A DNA stretch of 64,000 bases from positions 51,152,001-51,216,000 of the forward strand of contig NW_024704743.1 of assembly GCF_018977255.1 (NCBI RefSeq), read 5' to 3'. Each line of letters starts with the position of its first letter. Position 1 is the stretch's first letter. This stretch comes from Callorhinchus milii. Taxonomy: Eukaryota. The notes under the pieces are model-generated. The model saw nothing but the letters and a program-made list of their open reading frames with translations. It had not been told where the DNA came from and did not search any database. This document shows positions 38,131 to 52,505 of the stretch, in pieces. Both the position numbers and the translations under genes were made by a program.

Positions 38131-38500
38131 ACACCAGGTGTGTTAGAACTGACTCAAGGTCACTAGAACCATCCTATGTCTGTGGCATATAAAGCGCTCC
38201 GAGACTCTACCCCGCATGAAAGGCACTATATAAATGCAAGTTGTTGTAGTTGTTGCTATCCATCAAATCTAATTGATATGCATTTAGAATTGCTCAACAC
38301 GAGAGAAATTTAGAAAATTCTTGTTGAAAAATATGTCGAAGACTTTCCTGATGGATCAGTGTGCAAACAGCACCCTGCGAAATGTGTTATAGAGTTATAC
38401 AGGTCTCAACATTCCCAAATTTGATCCCTAATCTGGCTCAAAGTATCTGTTTACAGCTGAAGAGTCAGTGAGGACAGGGCACCATAATTGGTGTTGGTCA

Positions 38501-38720
38501 TAATAATAATAATAATATTCGTTGCATTTGATACAGCATCTCATCATGTCTTCTTGGCGTTTCAAAGTGATTCACAGAATATACTCTAAATGAATTAACT
38601 GTTTATTTTGTGGGCGAAATGCAGCAGCCAATTGCCCACAGTGTGGTCCCAATTGTGGATTGAACCCAGGTCTCTCGCTTGCGAGGTGAGTGCTCTAACC
38701 ACTGAGCTACAGGACTTCAC
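38501..38720 (-). mobile_element. tRNA-Ala SINE with internal deletion
   Basis: Head and tail present; central body missing. Confidence 0.85.
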
Positions 38721-39177
38721 GATCATAAGAGGTTCAGATGAAGAAGGTGCTTCGACTTATTTCATCTTTACCTGCTCAAGCATTGTAATAGTTTGAACAT
38801 CACTACTGAACTCAATATATTTAGAAATATAGTCCTTCATCTGTTTACCTTGCTTATTGCAGCCTCACACTGCTTTGACACATGATGAGTCATATAACAC
38901 CCCCAGATCACTTTCAGCTTCCCACTTGGCAAGTTCTAACCCAATCATGAAGTTCATCTGCTTCTTTTACATCCCTTAGTGAGGGAGAAGAGAAAACAGT
39001 TAGGCTTTCTGCTCCTGATAGTTTTGTAGTGATCCTTCCAGATATTGAATGTTATGTTGACTCTGGATTTGACAAAATCTGTTTTGGCAATGGTTAACTA
39101 TCCAGACATCTGAATGCATGATAATATTTGCTAACTAAGCTTATACGCAAAGAACATTCACTCTGGTGAGGTGCTAG

Positions 39178-39554
39178 ATAATAATAATAATAATAATCCT
39201 TGCATTTGATATAGCACCTTATCACCTCAAAGTGCTTCACAGAATATACTGTAAAGTGAATTGACTGTGTATTTTGTGGGCGAGAAGCGTCAGTCACAGC
39301 AGAAAACACAGCAGTGTCCCACAAACGGTCGTGGATTTTAATTGACCAATTTATTATTATTATTTTTTTGAAGGAATTATTATCCCCGAAAAGTGATCCA
39401 TCAATCAACTAACAACCGGGTTCCTATTTACTGCTAGGTAAACAGAGGTGCATGGAGTGAGGAAACTTGCCCAACATTTTGCCCTGCCAGGAATTGAACC
39501 CAGGTCTCTCGCTTGCGAGGCGAGTGCGACAACCACTGAGCTACAGGATTCCAC
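39178..39554 (-). mobile_element. tRNA-Ala SINE, long subfamily
   Basis: Contains caatcaactaacaaccgggttcctatttactgctaggtaaacagagg; CGC anticodon loop. Confidence 0.9.
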
Positions 39555-39624
39555 TTAGATGGCAGCATAAATGACAACATCGTGGATTTATACAGTGCCC
39601 TTAACACAGGGGTAGCGTCTTGCT

Positions 39625-40190
39625 AAACAAAAACAACAAATTGCATTTACATAGAGAGTTTCACAATGGGAGAATGTCCCAAGGTGTTGGTCAGTCAAGA
39701 GGTTGCACTGGAGCTGGGAACTATATTCAAGAGGCGTAAGGGGCAAGGAGGTGGGAAGATGCCCAAAGGTGTGGTGAAAGAAGTGAAAGAGGTGAAACAG
39801 GAAGGTCTTGAGATGAAGGCAAGGAAGGGCCGAGTTAAAGGGACTTTGGGATGGAATTCCAGAGGGTAGGCAGAGAGGCTGAAGGAGTTCGATCATCTGT
39901 GGGATGGGGAGCCAGTGGGGTTGGGCAAGGATAGGGATCATAGGATTGAGGAGCCTGGTACAGGAGAAAACATGAACTGCAAAGTTCTGAATAATCAGTA
40001 ATTGTGGAAGGAAGCATTGGGATGTCTGACAGGCAGGGAGTTAGCATAGTTAAGCCTGGACTTGATAAAAGCACGGGTTGAGGGGGAGAGGTCGAGGCAG
40101 AGGTGAGCAATGTTGCAGAGGTGGGGTAAAGCTGAACAGGTCAATACATGGATATTGGGTTTAAAGGTCAGTTGAGAGCTGTTAAACACT
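39625..40190 (-). mobile_element. L2 3' fragment
   Basis: HLCNIAHL...RAFIKSRLNYANSL and PILAQPHWLPIPQ in the minus-strand ORFs; AAC tail. Confidence 0.85.
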
Positions 40191-40680
40191 GTGAGCTAGT
40201 AACACTGCACAAGAAGAGAAATGGAGACAATTATTTTGCAGTTTATCATTATTTACCATCATTATTATTTCATGTATTTACCCATAAATTCAGCTTGTTC
40301 AGCCACATTGGTATGTTATTGTGCTTATCAGTAAATACATTTTCAAAACAATAACTGTATAACTCAATTAGGATTGGAGTGCAGCTTAAGTCCACAAATC
40401 TGTTTCTGTTTAGGCTTAGGAAATCTAAAATAAATACTTAATGTCTCAAATTTTTTTAACCAATCTTTCTTTGAAGAAGGGATTTGTTTTCTGACTTTCC
40501 TCTTAAAATTCACTATTTCACATTTTATTAATAAACTACTGCACCTAAACTTCTGGAATTGGTCAATATAGCTGCATGCTGAAAAAACAAAGGACTCCCA
40601 CACATTCTATTTCTCCTAGACTGGGAAAATATATGAAGTGATTTTTCCAAGAGTTTCTGCTTGGTTTGATCTTACTTATA

Positions 40681-41332
40681 AAACAACAGCAACTTGCATT
40701 TACATAGCGCCCTTTACGCAGGGTAGTGTCCCAGAGCACTAAACATTGGCAGAGTCTGAAATTGAGCCAGAGGGGCGGGAGAGGGGAGGTGACCATAAAC
40801 ATGATCATAAAGGAAGGTAGTTAGGCGGGAACGAGAGAAGACATTGATGGAAGGCAAAGAGTACAGCTTCCGTCTTGTTGACATTCAGCTGCAGGAACTT
40901 TGCGCTCATCCAGGCCTTGATGTCCATCAAACAAGCTGACAGGACATCAGCGGACTGGGAGTCGCAGTTGAAGTAGATTTGGGTGTCATCCGCATACATG
41001 TGGAAGTTGACTTCATGTCTATGGATGACATTGCCAAGAGGGAGTACGTAGCTGAGGAAAAGAAGGGGGCCAAGGATGGGGCCTTAGGGTACCCCACAGG
41101 TGACCAGGCGAGTGCGGGGGCGGGCGCAGGAGGAGAACCATTTGCCGAGATGCATTATTGGCGGTTTGTTAAGTAGGACTCGAACCATGTAAGTATGGTC
41201 CCACTAAGGTGGATGAGGGAGGAGAGGCGGTGGAGGAGGATGGCGTGATTGACTGTGTCCATGTCAGAGAGGTCCAAGGTAACAAGGAGGCAGAGGGAGC
41301 CCTGGTCACAGAGAGAAGACATCATTTGTTAC
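40681..41332 (-). mobile_element. L2 fragment with RT core and internal deletion
   Basis: ORF 40805-40999 reads MYADDTQIYF...CLMDIKAWMSAKFLQLNVNKTEA. The GVP.G.ILGP motif region lies at about 41060-41100. Confidence 0.9.
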
Positions 41333-41339
41333 TTTAAAC

Positions 41340-42510
41340 TATGCAGTCTAGATTAAGGGAACGATATCAAAAGCTTGCTGATAATACCAAATTGGGGTGT
41401 ATGCCAAACCTGTGATGAGGTTTCTGAAAGACTGCAAGAGGACATAGGTGGGTTTAGCAGGGTAAGAATAGGATAATAAGAAAATACATCTTGAATGATA
41501 AAGTATTAAATGCAGTGGAGGAGAAGTACCCTGGCATATGGATATAAAGGTTACTAAAAAGTGGCAGCAATGGGAGATAAGGTTATTGGAATCTTTATTT
41601 TGATGCAGTGTCCAAAGTCTTGAAGTAAAACAAAATCACATCAGTTGAAATACTATGATTTTTATCCCTGGAAGCGCGATCCATCTGCCAATTGACAAAC
41701 AATGGGTTCCTACTTGCTACTAGGTAAGCAGAGGCGTGTGGAGTATGGAAACTTGCCCAGAGTTTCGCCCTGCCGGGAATCAAACTCCTCTTGTTTGGGA
41801 GGCGAGTGCTCTAACCACTAAGCTACAGGACTCTACAAAGGATATAGTTTTAGAGCTGGCAAAGGCAATTTCAGGACAAATACCATGAAGCTTTTCTTTA
41901 CACAGAGGATCTTAAAATTCAAGGAAAGTTGGTAGATGCCAGGCCACTGGATTCATTTAAAAAGCAGCTTGATCTTGTGATGGGGGACAGTTGGGTAGAT
42001 GTTCTGGAGGGATGAGATGAAATAGGTAGAAAAGGCTTCTTCATCTAGACCAATTTTGTGCCCTTGTAAAATTTTAAAGTTTAAACTTCTACAGTTTAGG
42101 AATATGTCCTTTAAAGAAAGGATATATAATAAAATATGAATACATTGTAGATTTACTAGGTTGTAACCAGGAATGAGGGTTTTCAGTTATGAAGAGGGAT
42201 TTGTTAGGGCTTGTTTCACCAGAATTTGAGGGGTGGCCTGATAGTGGGCTTCAAGATTGTGAAGGATTATGATAAGGTAAATAATATTGATGAGTCAGTA
42301 ATGAGAGGGCACACATTTAAGATAATCACAAAATGAATTGAGGTGGAAGTTAAAAAAAACTCTACCGCCCGGAGAGGAATGCGGAATTCTCTGCCACAAA
42401 TTACTGTTGAGACAGAGAACATAAATTCTTTGATAAAGGAATTAAGTATATGCAGGAAAAAAGGAATCTGTTCGAAGCAAGCATGAGGGTGGGATTGGAT
42501 AATGTGGCTC
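41340..42510 (+). mobile_element. Cluster of highly decayed CR1 fragments
   Basis: atatcaaaagcttgctgataataccaaattgggg (ISKFADDTKLG-like), plus 3' pieces at 41850-42060 and 42140-42510. Confidence 0.6.
41657..41836 (-). mobile_element. tRNA-Ala SINE, long subfamily, 5' half
   Basis: gagtgctctaaccactaagctacaggactc head plus the central block. Confidence 0.85.
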
Positions 42511-42520
42511 ATGTAGAGAA

Positions 42521-42730
42521 AAACAACAACAACTTGCAATTATAGCACATTCCACACAGGGTAGGGTCTCAATGTGGTGGAGCCTGACTCTGAGCGGGGG
42601 GGGGGGGGTGCGCGGGGAGGAAGGTGACAGTAAGCATGGTCAAAAAAGAAGGTTCTCAGGTGGGACTTGAAAAAGGGGAGAGAGGGGGCAAGGCGGTGGG
42701 GTTGAGAGAGAGTGGGAGAATACCAAGACA
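42521..42730 (-). mobile_element. L2 3' tail
   Basis: (AAC)n ttgcaattatagcac...FKSHLRTFFFDHAY. Confidence 0.75.
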
Positions 42731-43674
42731 TACTTTGAGCAAAGAATTCGATCTAGTCTTGGCCTATAATACTAATAATAACAATTTGTATTAAATTTTA
42801 AGATCATGCAGGATTGTAGAACATTCTTCAATTCAGTCTTAAAAGTACAGTGTAGATTTACTGGGCTATAATCAGGACTAAGGGTTTTCATTATGAAGAG
42901 GGATCTGGCCATGTCTATGGTCACCTCCTCTTCCTCCTCCTCCCTTACTCTGTGTTGCAACCTGCCACTGTGCCACTGTGCCGCAGTGGTCCGAGATGTT
43001 ATCCTGCATGAGGGACGCTATGTAAATGCAAATTGTTGCAAGTTGTGTTGTTAATTTGGAAGGCGGAATTGGCTTCCAATTTAAGACTGAATATAAGAAT
43101 TTTCAACATAGTCTTACAGATTTAAATTAGGTGGAATGTTAACCCTTTGCAGGACAAGTAGGCTGTTTCTATGTTCCAAATAATGCTTAAAAGAAGGATA
43201 ACTAGATACTTGATTAGAAACAATATAACGTATAGCAAAAGGGATGACATTCAAATTAAAAGATCTGCCAAGATCTAATAAGCTGAGAGAACAGGCTCTA
43301 TGGACTGAATGATCTGCTCCTGTTCCTATTTCTCTATCTTCCTAATATTCTATCATGATATATTTTTTCTTAAACAATCACGTTTGTGATTGTACTTTAT
43401 GGAGAAGAGAGACATTATAAAGTCAAAGGAAGTTCAGGAGAGAAGTTTGTCCTCTTCTCTCCTGAACATGTGTTGAGGAACCAATATTTCCTGAAGATCC
43501 TCACAAACAAGTGGAGAGAGACCATATGAATGTATTGAATGTGGAAAGAGCACATGTCAGGCTATCACCGAGGTGTGTGGCTGCTGGAGAGAATAACAGA
43601 ATGGCACAGTGAGATACGAGCCCTCTGAAACAAGCTGTGGCTTCCAGTATCGGAGTTCACGTCACTAAAGTAGT

Positions 43675-43973
43675 GTGGAGTCCTGTAGCTCAGTGGTTAG
43701 AGCACTCGCTTTGTAAGCGAGAGACCTGAGTTCAATTCCAGGCAGAGCGAAACCTTGGGCAAGTTTCCTTACTCCACAGGCCTAATAATAATCCCTCCAA
43801 AAACAATAATAAAAATTGGTCATTTTCAATCTACGACTGTTTGTGGGACATTGCTGTGCGCAATTGGCTGCCGCGTTCGCCCACAAATATAAAGTCAATT
43901 CACTTTAGAGTGTGTTCTGTGAAGCGCTTTGAGACGTCCTCCCGACGTGTAAAGAGCTATATCAAATGCAAGG

Positions 43974-44008
<35 letters not shown>
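43675..44008 (+). mobile_element. tRNA-Ala SINE, short young subfamily
   Basis: Nearly identical to the 46218 copy; anticodon mutated to TGT; long (ATT)n tail. Confidence 0.93.
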
Positions 44009-44009
<1 letters not shown>

Positions 44010-46217
44010 AAGGGGGATAAGAGTTGAGAAATAGTTTAGAGTAGGAGGGGGGAAGAGGCCAGAGAGTGAAAACCCAAAGACAAAGACATCTGGAGAAGTG
44101 GTTCTGTGGCAACTTTGTGACAGGTCAGATGACAATCTGACTGGTGTTAAGTCAGTAAGATTGATAATTACAGCGATGTGCGTACCGAAATTCACAATCT
44201 TTCATTTCTTTAGTTTCTATTAACACTAAAGAGAATCAGGAAACACTAGGGTTTACTATACCATTTAAAATTGAAAGAATGCCATCTTGAGCTGATCATG
44301 CCATGAATTTTCTCTAGCTTAAGCCTTTCCATAGCACTAGAATTTGAGCATTGACTCCAACCCTGATTGAAAAGAATTTGCCTGTAGTCTCTCCTCAGGC
44401 AATGTACTGGATTCCGCAACATGCTCACAGCAATCCTATCTCTGCTCAGGGGCATATGCAGTATGGTCAATAGTCTTTCTTATTTTTTTTAGATTTTAAT
44501 AACCTTTCTTGAGTGGGTAAAAGCACTGTTGCTTTATAGTTCAAAACTAACATAAATGTTAGTTAGCCCTGATCAATCTTAACCCGCCAAAAAGTATTTC
44601 TTGTATATTTCTTACCTTTAACAATATTGCTATTGACATGAATTCCTGTTCCCTTGTTCTTGAAGATGCCATGAAAGCAAACAAGTGAACGATCTTTGGG
44701 AATGTAAACCTCCACAGTTCAGACTGAATTACACAAAGGTCCATTAACGACAAAAACATTTAATTGCGTTTCCCTTCTGGCATTCAGATTTTCTAAATAA
44801 CTTTAACTATTCTTCCATTTCCTATTTTCATTCCAGTAGAATTTTCTCTTGAGCATATTTGGCGCTGCACTACTTTAGTCACACCCAGCACATTTGTATT
44901 AAAATCTTCAATTTACTGGACAAAATTCAAGCTATTTTTCCTATAAATAACACAGATCAATCTGGCTTAATCAATTCAGATGTAGATCCCCTCAGTATAA
45001 CAGTAAGGATGCCTGTGGCTACAATTGAGTCTGATCTTAAAACGGTAATAGATCTTCATAGCTGATAACAGAATTTAGTGGCCCCCATCAGAATAAACGT
45101 TTAGCTTATTATTAATCATATTATTTATGGCTAAACTAGAAAAATAGGAATAGTCAGTAAGAAAATCGGAAATGTACATTTCTTGCAGGAGCAATAGAAT
45201 TCATTAATGTAAGATTAATTAATATACAGACTTCTGACTTTATCACCTGAAGAATACATTTCTAATAATTTATAATCAATATGGGTGTATTTTTCCATTA
45301 TGAGCTCATATCATCAACATCTATAAATTTAGGGACAAGTGAAGAATAAGATTTCTCATCCATTGGGTTCGTAAATGTATTGACTCCTTGAAAATTACCT
45401 TTATATATACATATGTTTATGTATGTAACAAAACAATGGATTTAACATTTCATCTCTTAGTGAATTCTTAAGGTTACAGATTTGCACAGTTATCTTAAGG
45501 TAACTGTCTACTGCCTTACACAGAAAAGGCATGCAACATCAGTTTCATTGTGAAAGTGACTAAAGTGAACAATGAAGTTGCAATAGTTGGATGCTGCACA
45601 AATGGTATGAAAAATAAAAATAAATAAAATAAATAGTAATAATGGCAGAAAATAAAGACACTCTCCTTTTATGAACATCTAACTTGTATTACAAAACACA
45701 CATGTCTAGTTCTCTTTTGTAAATGCGGAAGACAAATTTGTGACTAAGGCACAATAGTTAAACTTGGATGTTATGTTGTTGTTATACTTGGATACAAAGT
45801 GACCTACATAATGTCACAGCAATAATGAAAATTGTACAATGACTTTACTGTATTCACTTTGACAGGTTGCAGGCTGTGAGCAACCCACAATAGCCTTCCA
45901 GGCAGCCAGCAGCAATGGGTTGGGAACCATCTGTATCTATTGAAATGCTCTTCGTTTCAGATTCCACACGTGCACCAAGACCCTCTGCACCAAAACAAAA
46001 GTATTCTCTCTGAATCAATATGATCCAGTCATTTTGGGCTGATCCTTTTTAACATGTTGGAGATAAGGTTATTATGTTAGAACTATGGGATAAACAAAGA
46101 CAACACAAAACTATTTATAAATTAGAAACACAAATAGTGATTCTAATAATTTTGCCAATCCAAGGCATATCCAACTGCAACAGCAATCATAAATCCAAAA
46201 TAGATGAAATAGATGAT

Positions 46218-46533
46218 GTGGAGTCCTGTAGCTCAGTGGTTAGAGCACTCGCTTTGCAAGCGAGAGACCTGAGTTCAATTCCAGGCAGGGCGAAACCTTG
46301 GGCAAGTTTCCTTACTCCACACACCTAATAATAATCCCTCCAAAAACAAAAAACAATAATAAATTGGTCATTTTCAATCTACGACTGTTTGTGGGACATT
46401 GCTGTGCGCAATTGGCTGCCGCGTTCGCCCACAAATATACAGTCAATTCACTTTACAGTGTGTTCTGTGAAGCGCTTTGGGACGTCCTCCTGACATGAAA
46501 AGTGCTATATCAAATGCAAGGATTATTATTATT
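46218..46533 (+). mobile_element. tRNA-Ala SINE, short young subfamily
   Basis: Intact A and B boxes and a perfect anticodon arm ctcgc-tttgcaa-gcgag. Confidence 0.94.
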
Positions 46534-46547
46534 TTTTATATATTCCA

Positions 46548-46861
46548 GGAATTTGTGCACAGCAATATCCCACACAGCCAATGAAATGAATGACTGATTT
46601 GTTATATTTGGGGGATTGTTGACCAGTGCACTGGAAGAAAATCCTTTCTCTTTTCGAATTCTGCCATCTGAAGATGCAGACAGAGGCCTCAATTTAACAT
46701 CTCACCCGAAAGATGGTACCTCCAATAATGCAGCATGCCCCAGCACTACGCTGGAGTGTCAGCCTAAACTGTGAGTTCAAAGTCCCATGTGCGGCTTGAA
46801 CACACAACTTTCTGACTCAGGTGTTGAGTTTACTGAGTTACCAACTGAGTCGGGCTGACAC
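46548..46861 (-). mobile_element. Deu-domain SINE
   Basis: cagaggcctcaatttaacatctcacccgaaagatggtacctcc...ggagtgtcagccta...ttctgactcagg...gggctgacac. Confidence 0.75.
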
Positions 46862-48214
46862 CCAAGATGAAGACAATCTCTTCAGTTGAATCAGATGCCT
46901 ATGGCTGGAAAGTTGTAGTCTCCCTCCTGAGATTACATAGAAAAAAATTCAATTTTAAAAAGAAGAATATGAAAGGATAAAGGGAAAGAGCAGGGAATTT
47001 GGAGGAGAATGGTTAGCTGCTGTGGATAAGTTAGCATCAATTTAAGCTTGAAGGCTAAATGACCTGTGCTGTAATTTCTATGATTCCATGATTAAGTAGT
47101 TACAAAACAAGACATTTTGTGAGCTTGTTAATAACATGTATCACTATATGCCAGCTTCATTAAGCAACCAGGCATTTAAAAGAGTTAATGTAGCTTTCGA
47201 TCGCTTTGACAAAGAAGATTTCATTAAGTTTGTTGAAGGTTCTAGGAGGTGGGTTTTTGCACTACAAAGCTTGGAGTCAATATTTATAGTCTTTGTGCAT
47301 TAGTACACAAACAATGAGCGAGCTACATCAATAATTCCATTGACAAATTAAACTTTTCATTATTCTTTCAGAGCAGTGATGCAGTGAGGCTCAATCAATG
47401 TTTCCAGCAGTGTTTGGTATAAGCTTTCCCTTTTTGCAAAAATAATCATCAGAGATACCTGAGGCCTGAAATTCCACCTAGTCTTAGTCTGTAAAACTAA
47501 TTTATCCTAAAATGTAAGATTAGAGAATTGGGAAAAAATCTTAAAATCAGTCTTAAATTGGAAAGTTGGTTTCTTTGTAAGAAATACAGAAAAAATACTT
47601 TTTAAATTAAGCCTAATTTAATAATTTTCCACAATTCTACACAAATTGAATTTTAGGACAACAACAACTTGCATTTATGTAGCACCCTTCACAGTGTCTT
47701 GGAGGGTTTGACAAAATGGTTTTATAGGCTAAGACTTGATGGATTTCAGGCATTAAGTAAATTTTGACAATCTGTCTTGTAAAACGAAACAGCATTTGGG
47801 AGGTGATCCTTCAATCCTACCAAGCACCGGAATGTCATGCAAGAGCATTACCAAACCTCCAGATGCAGATGGCACTGTTAAGCTAAATGTCCACTAACAA
47901 ACTGATATTCAGGACTGATGTGCAGAGAAACATATCATATACTCCATTGTAACTAATATAGATTATACCAGGTTTCAGTGGAGACACATTGCAGAGTGGA
48001 AAGCCTGGAAACAATTACAAAAACAATTACAAATGTGGTGGTAGTGTTTGCTCTTCTGGCAAAATAAATCTGGTTTGTTGTAAATGACACAGTCACTACA
48101 TTTTATATTGAATCCTGTGACTCGCTATGAGACATCCTCCTGACCTGAAAGGTGCTATGTCAAACACAAAGATTTTTTATTTATTTATATATGAAGTGTG
48201 TGAATGCACAGGAG

Positions 48215-49280
48215 GTTACTCATTGACCCCATTAACCTGGTTGAGTCCTCTTACCCTACATTCTTTTCTGCTCCCCACCCCATAGACTATTTACTAAATC
48301 GCCCACTCCTTCCACCACAGCCCCTCCCTACACTCCTTTCCTCAATTACTCTTCGCTTCCTCCCAACCACCATGTTCCAGATAAAGCCCATCATCTGCTG
48401 CCTCGACCCACTCTCCACCCAGTTACTGATCATTCAACTCCCCCTCCTCTCCCCGCTGCTGGTTGACACAGTTAACCAGCCGCTCTCCTCAGGTTCTGCT
48501 CCTCTACCCTTAAATCATTGTTATCACTCCCCTCTTCAAAAAAAACCCACCCTTGACCCCTCCAACCTCACAAATTACCATCCCATTTCCAACCTGCCCT
48601 TCCTTGCTAAAGCTCTAGAACGTGTTGTCGCTAACCAACTTTGCTCTCACCTCTCCCTCTATTCCCTCCTCAAGCCCCTCCAGCCTGGTGTATGCCCTGC
48701 CCACAGCACAGAGATGGCACTTGTCAAGGTCACAAATGACATCCTCTCTCTCTGTGACCAGGGTTTCTTCTGACTCCTCATCCACCTGGACGTCTTGGCC
48801 GCTTCCCGACACAGTCGATTACGCTATCCTCATCCACCACCTCTCCCCCCTCATCCACCTTAATGGGGACGCATTAGCCTGGTTCGAGTCCTACTTAACA
48901 AACAGCTTTCACTTTATCTCTTCAAATGGTTTAAACGATAATAATTATCCTTGCGTTTGATTTAGCGCTTTATCACATCCTCGAGACATCTCAAAGTACT
49001 TCACAGAACATACCGCAAAGTGAACTGAAGTTAAACCTTGTGGCTTCATTCTATAGTTTCTCCTCCCACTCCAGCCCAGTCACCCAGGTCTTCATCCATG
49101 GTCACTCCTTTTCCTCATCTATGTGCTCCATGCTGGTAATGTTATCCACTTACACGGGTTAAACATCCACATGTATGCGGATGACACACAAATCTACTTC
49201 TCCTCCTCCAGCTATGACTCCAGGTCCGCTGATATTCTCTCAACTTATCTGGTGAACATCAGGGCCTGGATGAGCAAAAC
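48215..49280 (+). mobile_element. L2 ORF2 fragment (RT N-terminal to YADD), split by a SINE tail at about 48935-49030 (minus strand)
   Basis: KKPTLDPSNLTNYHPISNLPFLAKALERVVANQL...HSTEMALVKVTNDIL, and MYADDTQIYF. Confidence 0.9.
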
Positions 49281-49309
49281 ATCCTACAAAGTGTTTCTAG
49301 TATTTATAT

Positions 49310-50670
49310 TTGCTCAGCTGCCTCTACCCATCCACTACACACGCCCCATCTTCCCCTCACACCCAGGCCCCTACCCATCCCTCCCTCCACACCTTAGAAC
49401 CTGTCTCCCACTCCTATCTCACCACCACTATAACCCGCATGAAACTGACCATCTCTCCCTCGACCCCATCCCTACCCCTCTCATTACCTTCCAGCTCCTC
49501 CTCCTCGCCCCTCTACTCACAAACATCATGAACCTCCCCCTGTCCACTAGTACCATTCCCACCCCTTTAAAAACAGCCGTCATCACTCCTATCCTTAAAA
49601 AAATCACCCTGGACCCATTCCTGCTCTCAAACTACCTCCCCATCTCCAACCTCCCCAAGGTCTTGGAATGAGTTGTTGCTTCCCAGCTTCGCTCTTTCCT
49701 CTCCTGCCACTTCTTTCATGAACCCCTCCAAAACAGGTTTCCGCCCTCAGCACAGAAGCAGCCCATCCTGTCCATTTGCAACCAGGGCTCCCTCTGCCTC
49801 CTCATCCTCCTTGACCTCTCTGCTGCCTTCTATACCATTGACCACTCTATCCTCATCCACTGCCTCTCCTCTCACCTCAACTTTCACAGTTCTGTCCTTG
49901 AATGGTTCAGATCGTACCTCTCACATCACATCCACTTCATCTCCACAAATAGTTTCTCCTCTAGCCACCACACTGTCTCTTGCGGCGTTACTCAGTTGTG
50001 TGTCATCCACATACATGTGGATGACATGCAATTGTACCTCTCTGCCTCCACCCTTGACTCCAGGACCACTGCTGTCATGACAGAATGTCTGTCAGGCATC
50101 AAATGCTGGATGAGAGCTAACTTTCTACAGTTGAACTTCAACAAGACCGAGGCTCTTCTGATTGGTTCCCGTCAGTGCCTCCACACCTCAGGCACCGACA
50201 GCATCACCATCCATGGTTGCACACTCCACCTTGCTGAGCCAGTCCGGAACATTGGCGTCTTGTTTGACCCTCAACTATACTTTCTACCCCACATCCGATC
50301 CATGACCTGCTCTGCCTTCCCCCACCTCTGCAACATTGCCCGGCTCCACCACTGTCTCACACCGCAGGCCGCCAAAACCCTCATACTCGTATTCATAACA
50401 TCCAGGTTGACTATATAACTCGTTGCTTGTCGGCCTCCCCAACTCCTCCCTCCATAGGCTGCAGGTCATCCAGAACTCTGTAGCTCGTGTCCTCTCCCGC
50501 ACCAGGCTCCGTGAACTTATCACCCCACTCGCCCCTCCATGGCCTTCCTCCCCCTACCTCTGTGACCACCTAACACCTTACTAGTCTGCCCACTCCCTCT
50601 GCTCAGTGGGCTCCGGCCTGCTTCACTTCCCCTATCTCACCCGCCCCACCATTGGCAGGCATGCTTTCTG
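49310..50670 (+). mobile_element. Second L2 ORF2 fragment, adjacent to the first and covering the same RT region
   Basis: LKTAVITPILKKITLDPFLLSNYLPISNLPKVLE and HVDDMQLYLS...WMRANFLQLNFNKTEALLIG...VRNIGVLFDPQL. Confidence 0.92.
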
Positions 50671-52239
50671 GTATTAGTTGTGGTATCAAAACCAATTTGA
50701 GAAATACTTTAAACCAAAAAAGTCAATTGACTAATATTCACTTTAATACAAATAATGGTTCATATCTTATACTTGTTAATGCAAAGGGTTGACTACCATA
50801 ATAGAGATACAGCAACGCAATGCCTCACTTAAAGGGGCAACTCTTAAATTCATTATGCTTGTTAAACTTTTGTGTCAAGTGATACTTAGGTAAATACACA
50901 GTTTGAAGCAAACTGTAGTTGCCTGCAGAGAATGTTTATTTTTTGCCTGCTTTATAGTTCCATATGCTGGACTTCCATTTTTCTGCACTGCTGAGTGTTT
51001 TCAGGCTATTGTGTTGATTTTAGACCTTGTTAATGAAAGAATAGGTTTTTAATCTTAACATGGATTTTTTCAGAATCATTCCTCTTGGTGAGAAAGTTAA
51101 ACAACCCTGAAACCTAATGCAATTTTTCACACTAAGAATATGTGAAAGAAATTGTTGATCAATGAGATATGGCCTTTCTATGGATTTTGAAGTTCAATGT
51201 GATAAAATAAGAAATGCAGCTGAATAATTAAGGTTGGTCGAGCATTTGCCTTCTAATGACTGGTCATTACCGGATTACAACAAAACAGTTAACGAACAAC
51301 GATCAAGCATTTATTAAATCATATGAATGTCATTTCTGACAAATCAATGGGCAGAAGTCAGCCTTTGACTGATGCATTATGTTTAACTCTGAAAATGGAA
51401 ATTATCGTGTGCTGTTCCCTTTACCTAAAGGAATGTGTTGTAACTTATTCCTGACCTCTGCTTCCATAGATACAAGATGCTAAAAAGAACTTTTCCTTGG
51501 GTTCCGCCCTATCACAAAAATATCTCAAACTCCCTTTGGACCATGGTGTTATGACTTCAAATTTACCTTTGGCCTTAGTTGTGGGACCAGAAAGAGTCTG
51601 GGATGAGCATAACTGTCCAAATGAAGGCCTATTAAAATAATAAAAAGAAAATAACTCTGAATTGATAAATTAAATCTAACCAAAACCACATTGAAAAAGC
51701 ATCCCAATCCATTTCTGCCAATGTGCTGGGCATATAATAAAATTTGTTAAAAATGTTACGGTGAAGAAGTCTGAGGTGAGTGTTCACATCGCTCCTGGGT
51801 AACTCTCAACATTTGGTATCAATCTCAGTTCTTGTATCTGTAGCCTATCCATCCTGTGAAATCTTTGTTGAAAAATTGCTACAATCTGATATGAGTTTTG
51901 GAAATCTGAACACAAAGTGATCTGTGTTGTTATATTTGTTTTTAAAGCTCTAGAGTTGAGGCTTAAGGCCCCTCTAAATATGCCCTTCAAAGCATAATAT
52001 ATGAGAGAAAAATGACCACCTGGGATGATTGGGTGCTGGTAAGTTAGTTGACATTCTATTCATTTCAGGATCCTGAGTTTATATCCAACTAAGATAGACA
52101 AGATGAAAAGTTTCCTTCTTCTAGCTGCAAAATTATGCAATTGGCACAATTGCAAATATTTCATGTTAGGTGCAATTTCACAATACAAAAATGTCCATAA
52201 TTCAACAGTGATGAAAAATACAATTCTGTGGATTTTACT

Positions 52240-52505
52240 GTTAAGTGAAGTGACTGTATATTTTGTGGGCGAACGTAGCAGCCAATTTGTGAGCAATTTT
52301 ATTTGGAGGATTGCTGACCAGGACATTTGGAGCCATTCACTTCTCTTTTCGAATAGAGCCATGGGAAATATTAAAGTCCACCTGAACAGGTAGCTGGGAC
52401 CTTGGTTAAACATCTCATCCATCTCCAACAATGCAGCACACCCCAGCACTGAATTGTCATCCTAGCCTGTGAGCTCAAAGTCCCAATGTGAAAGTTGCAT
52501 GCGCA
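52240..52505 (-). mobile_element. Deu-domain SINE fragment
   Basis: ttcgaatagagccatgggaaatattaaagtccacctgaacagg...gggaccttggttaaacatctcatcc. Confidence 0.7.

Noticed and set aside
46218..46295. Apparent tRNA-Ala(TGC) genes (also at 3428, 43675 and others)
   Set aside because: Each cloverleaf-like head runs into a shared ~250-bp body and (ATT)n tail, and has T-stem and acceptor mismatches. These are SINE heads, not tRNA genes.
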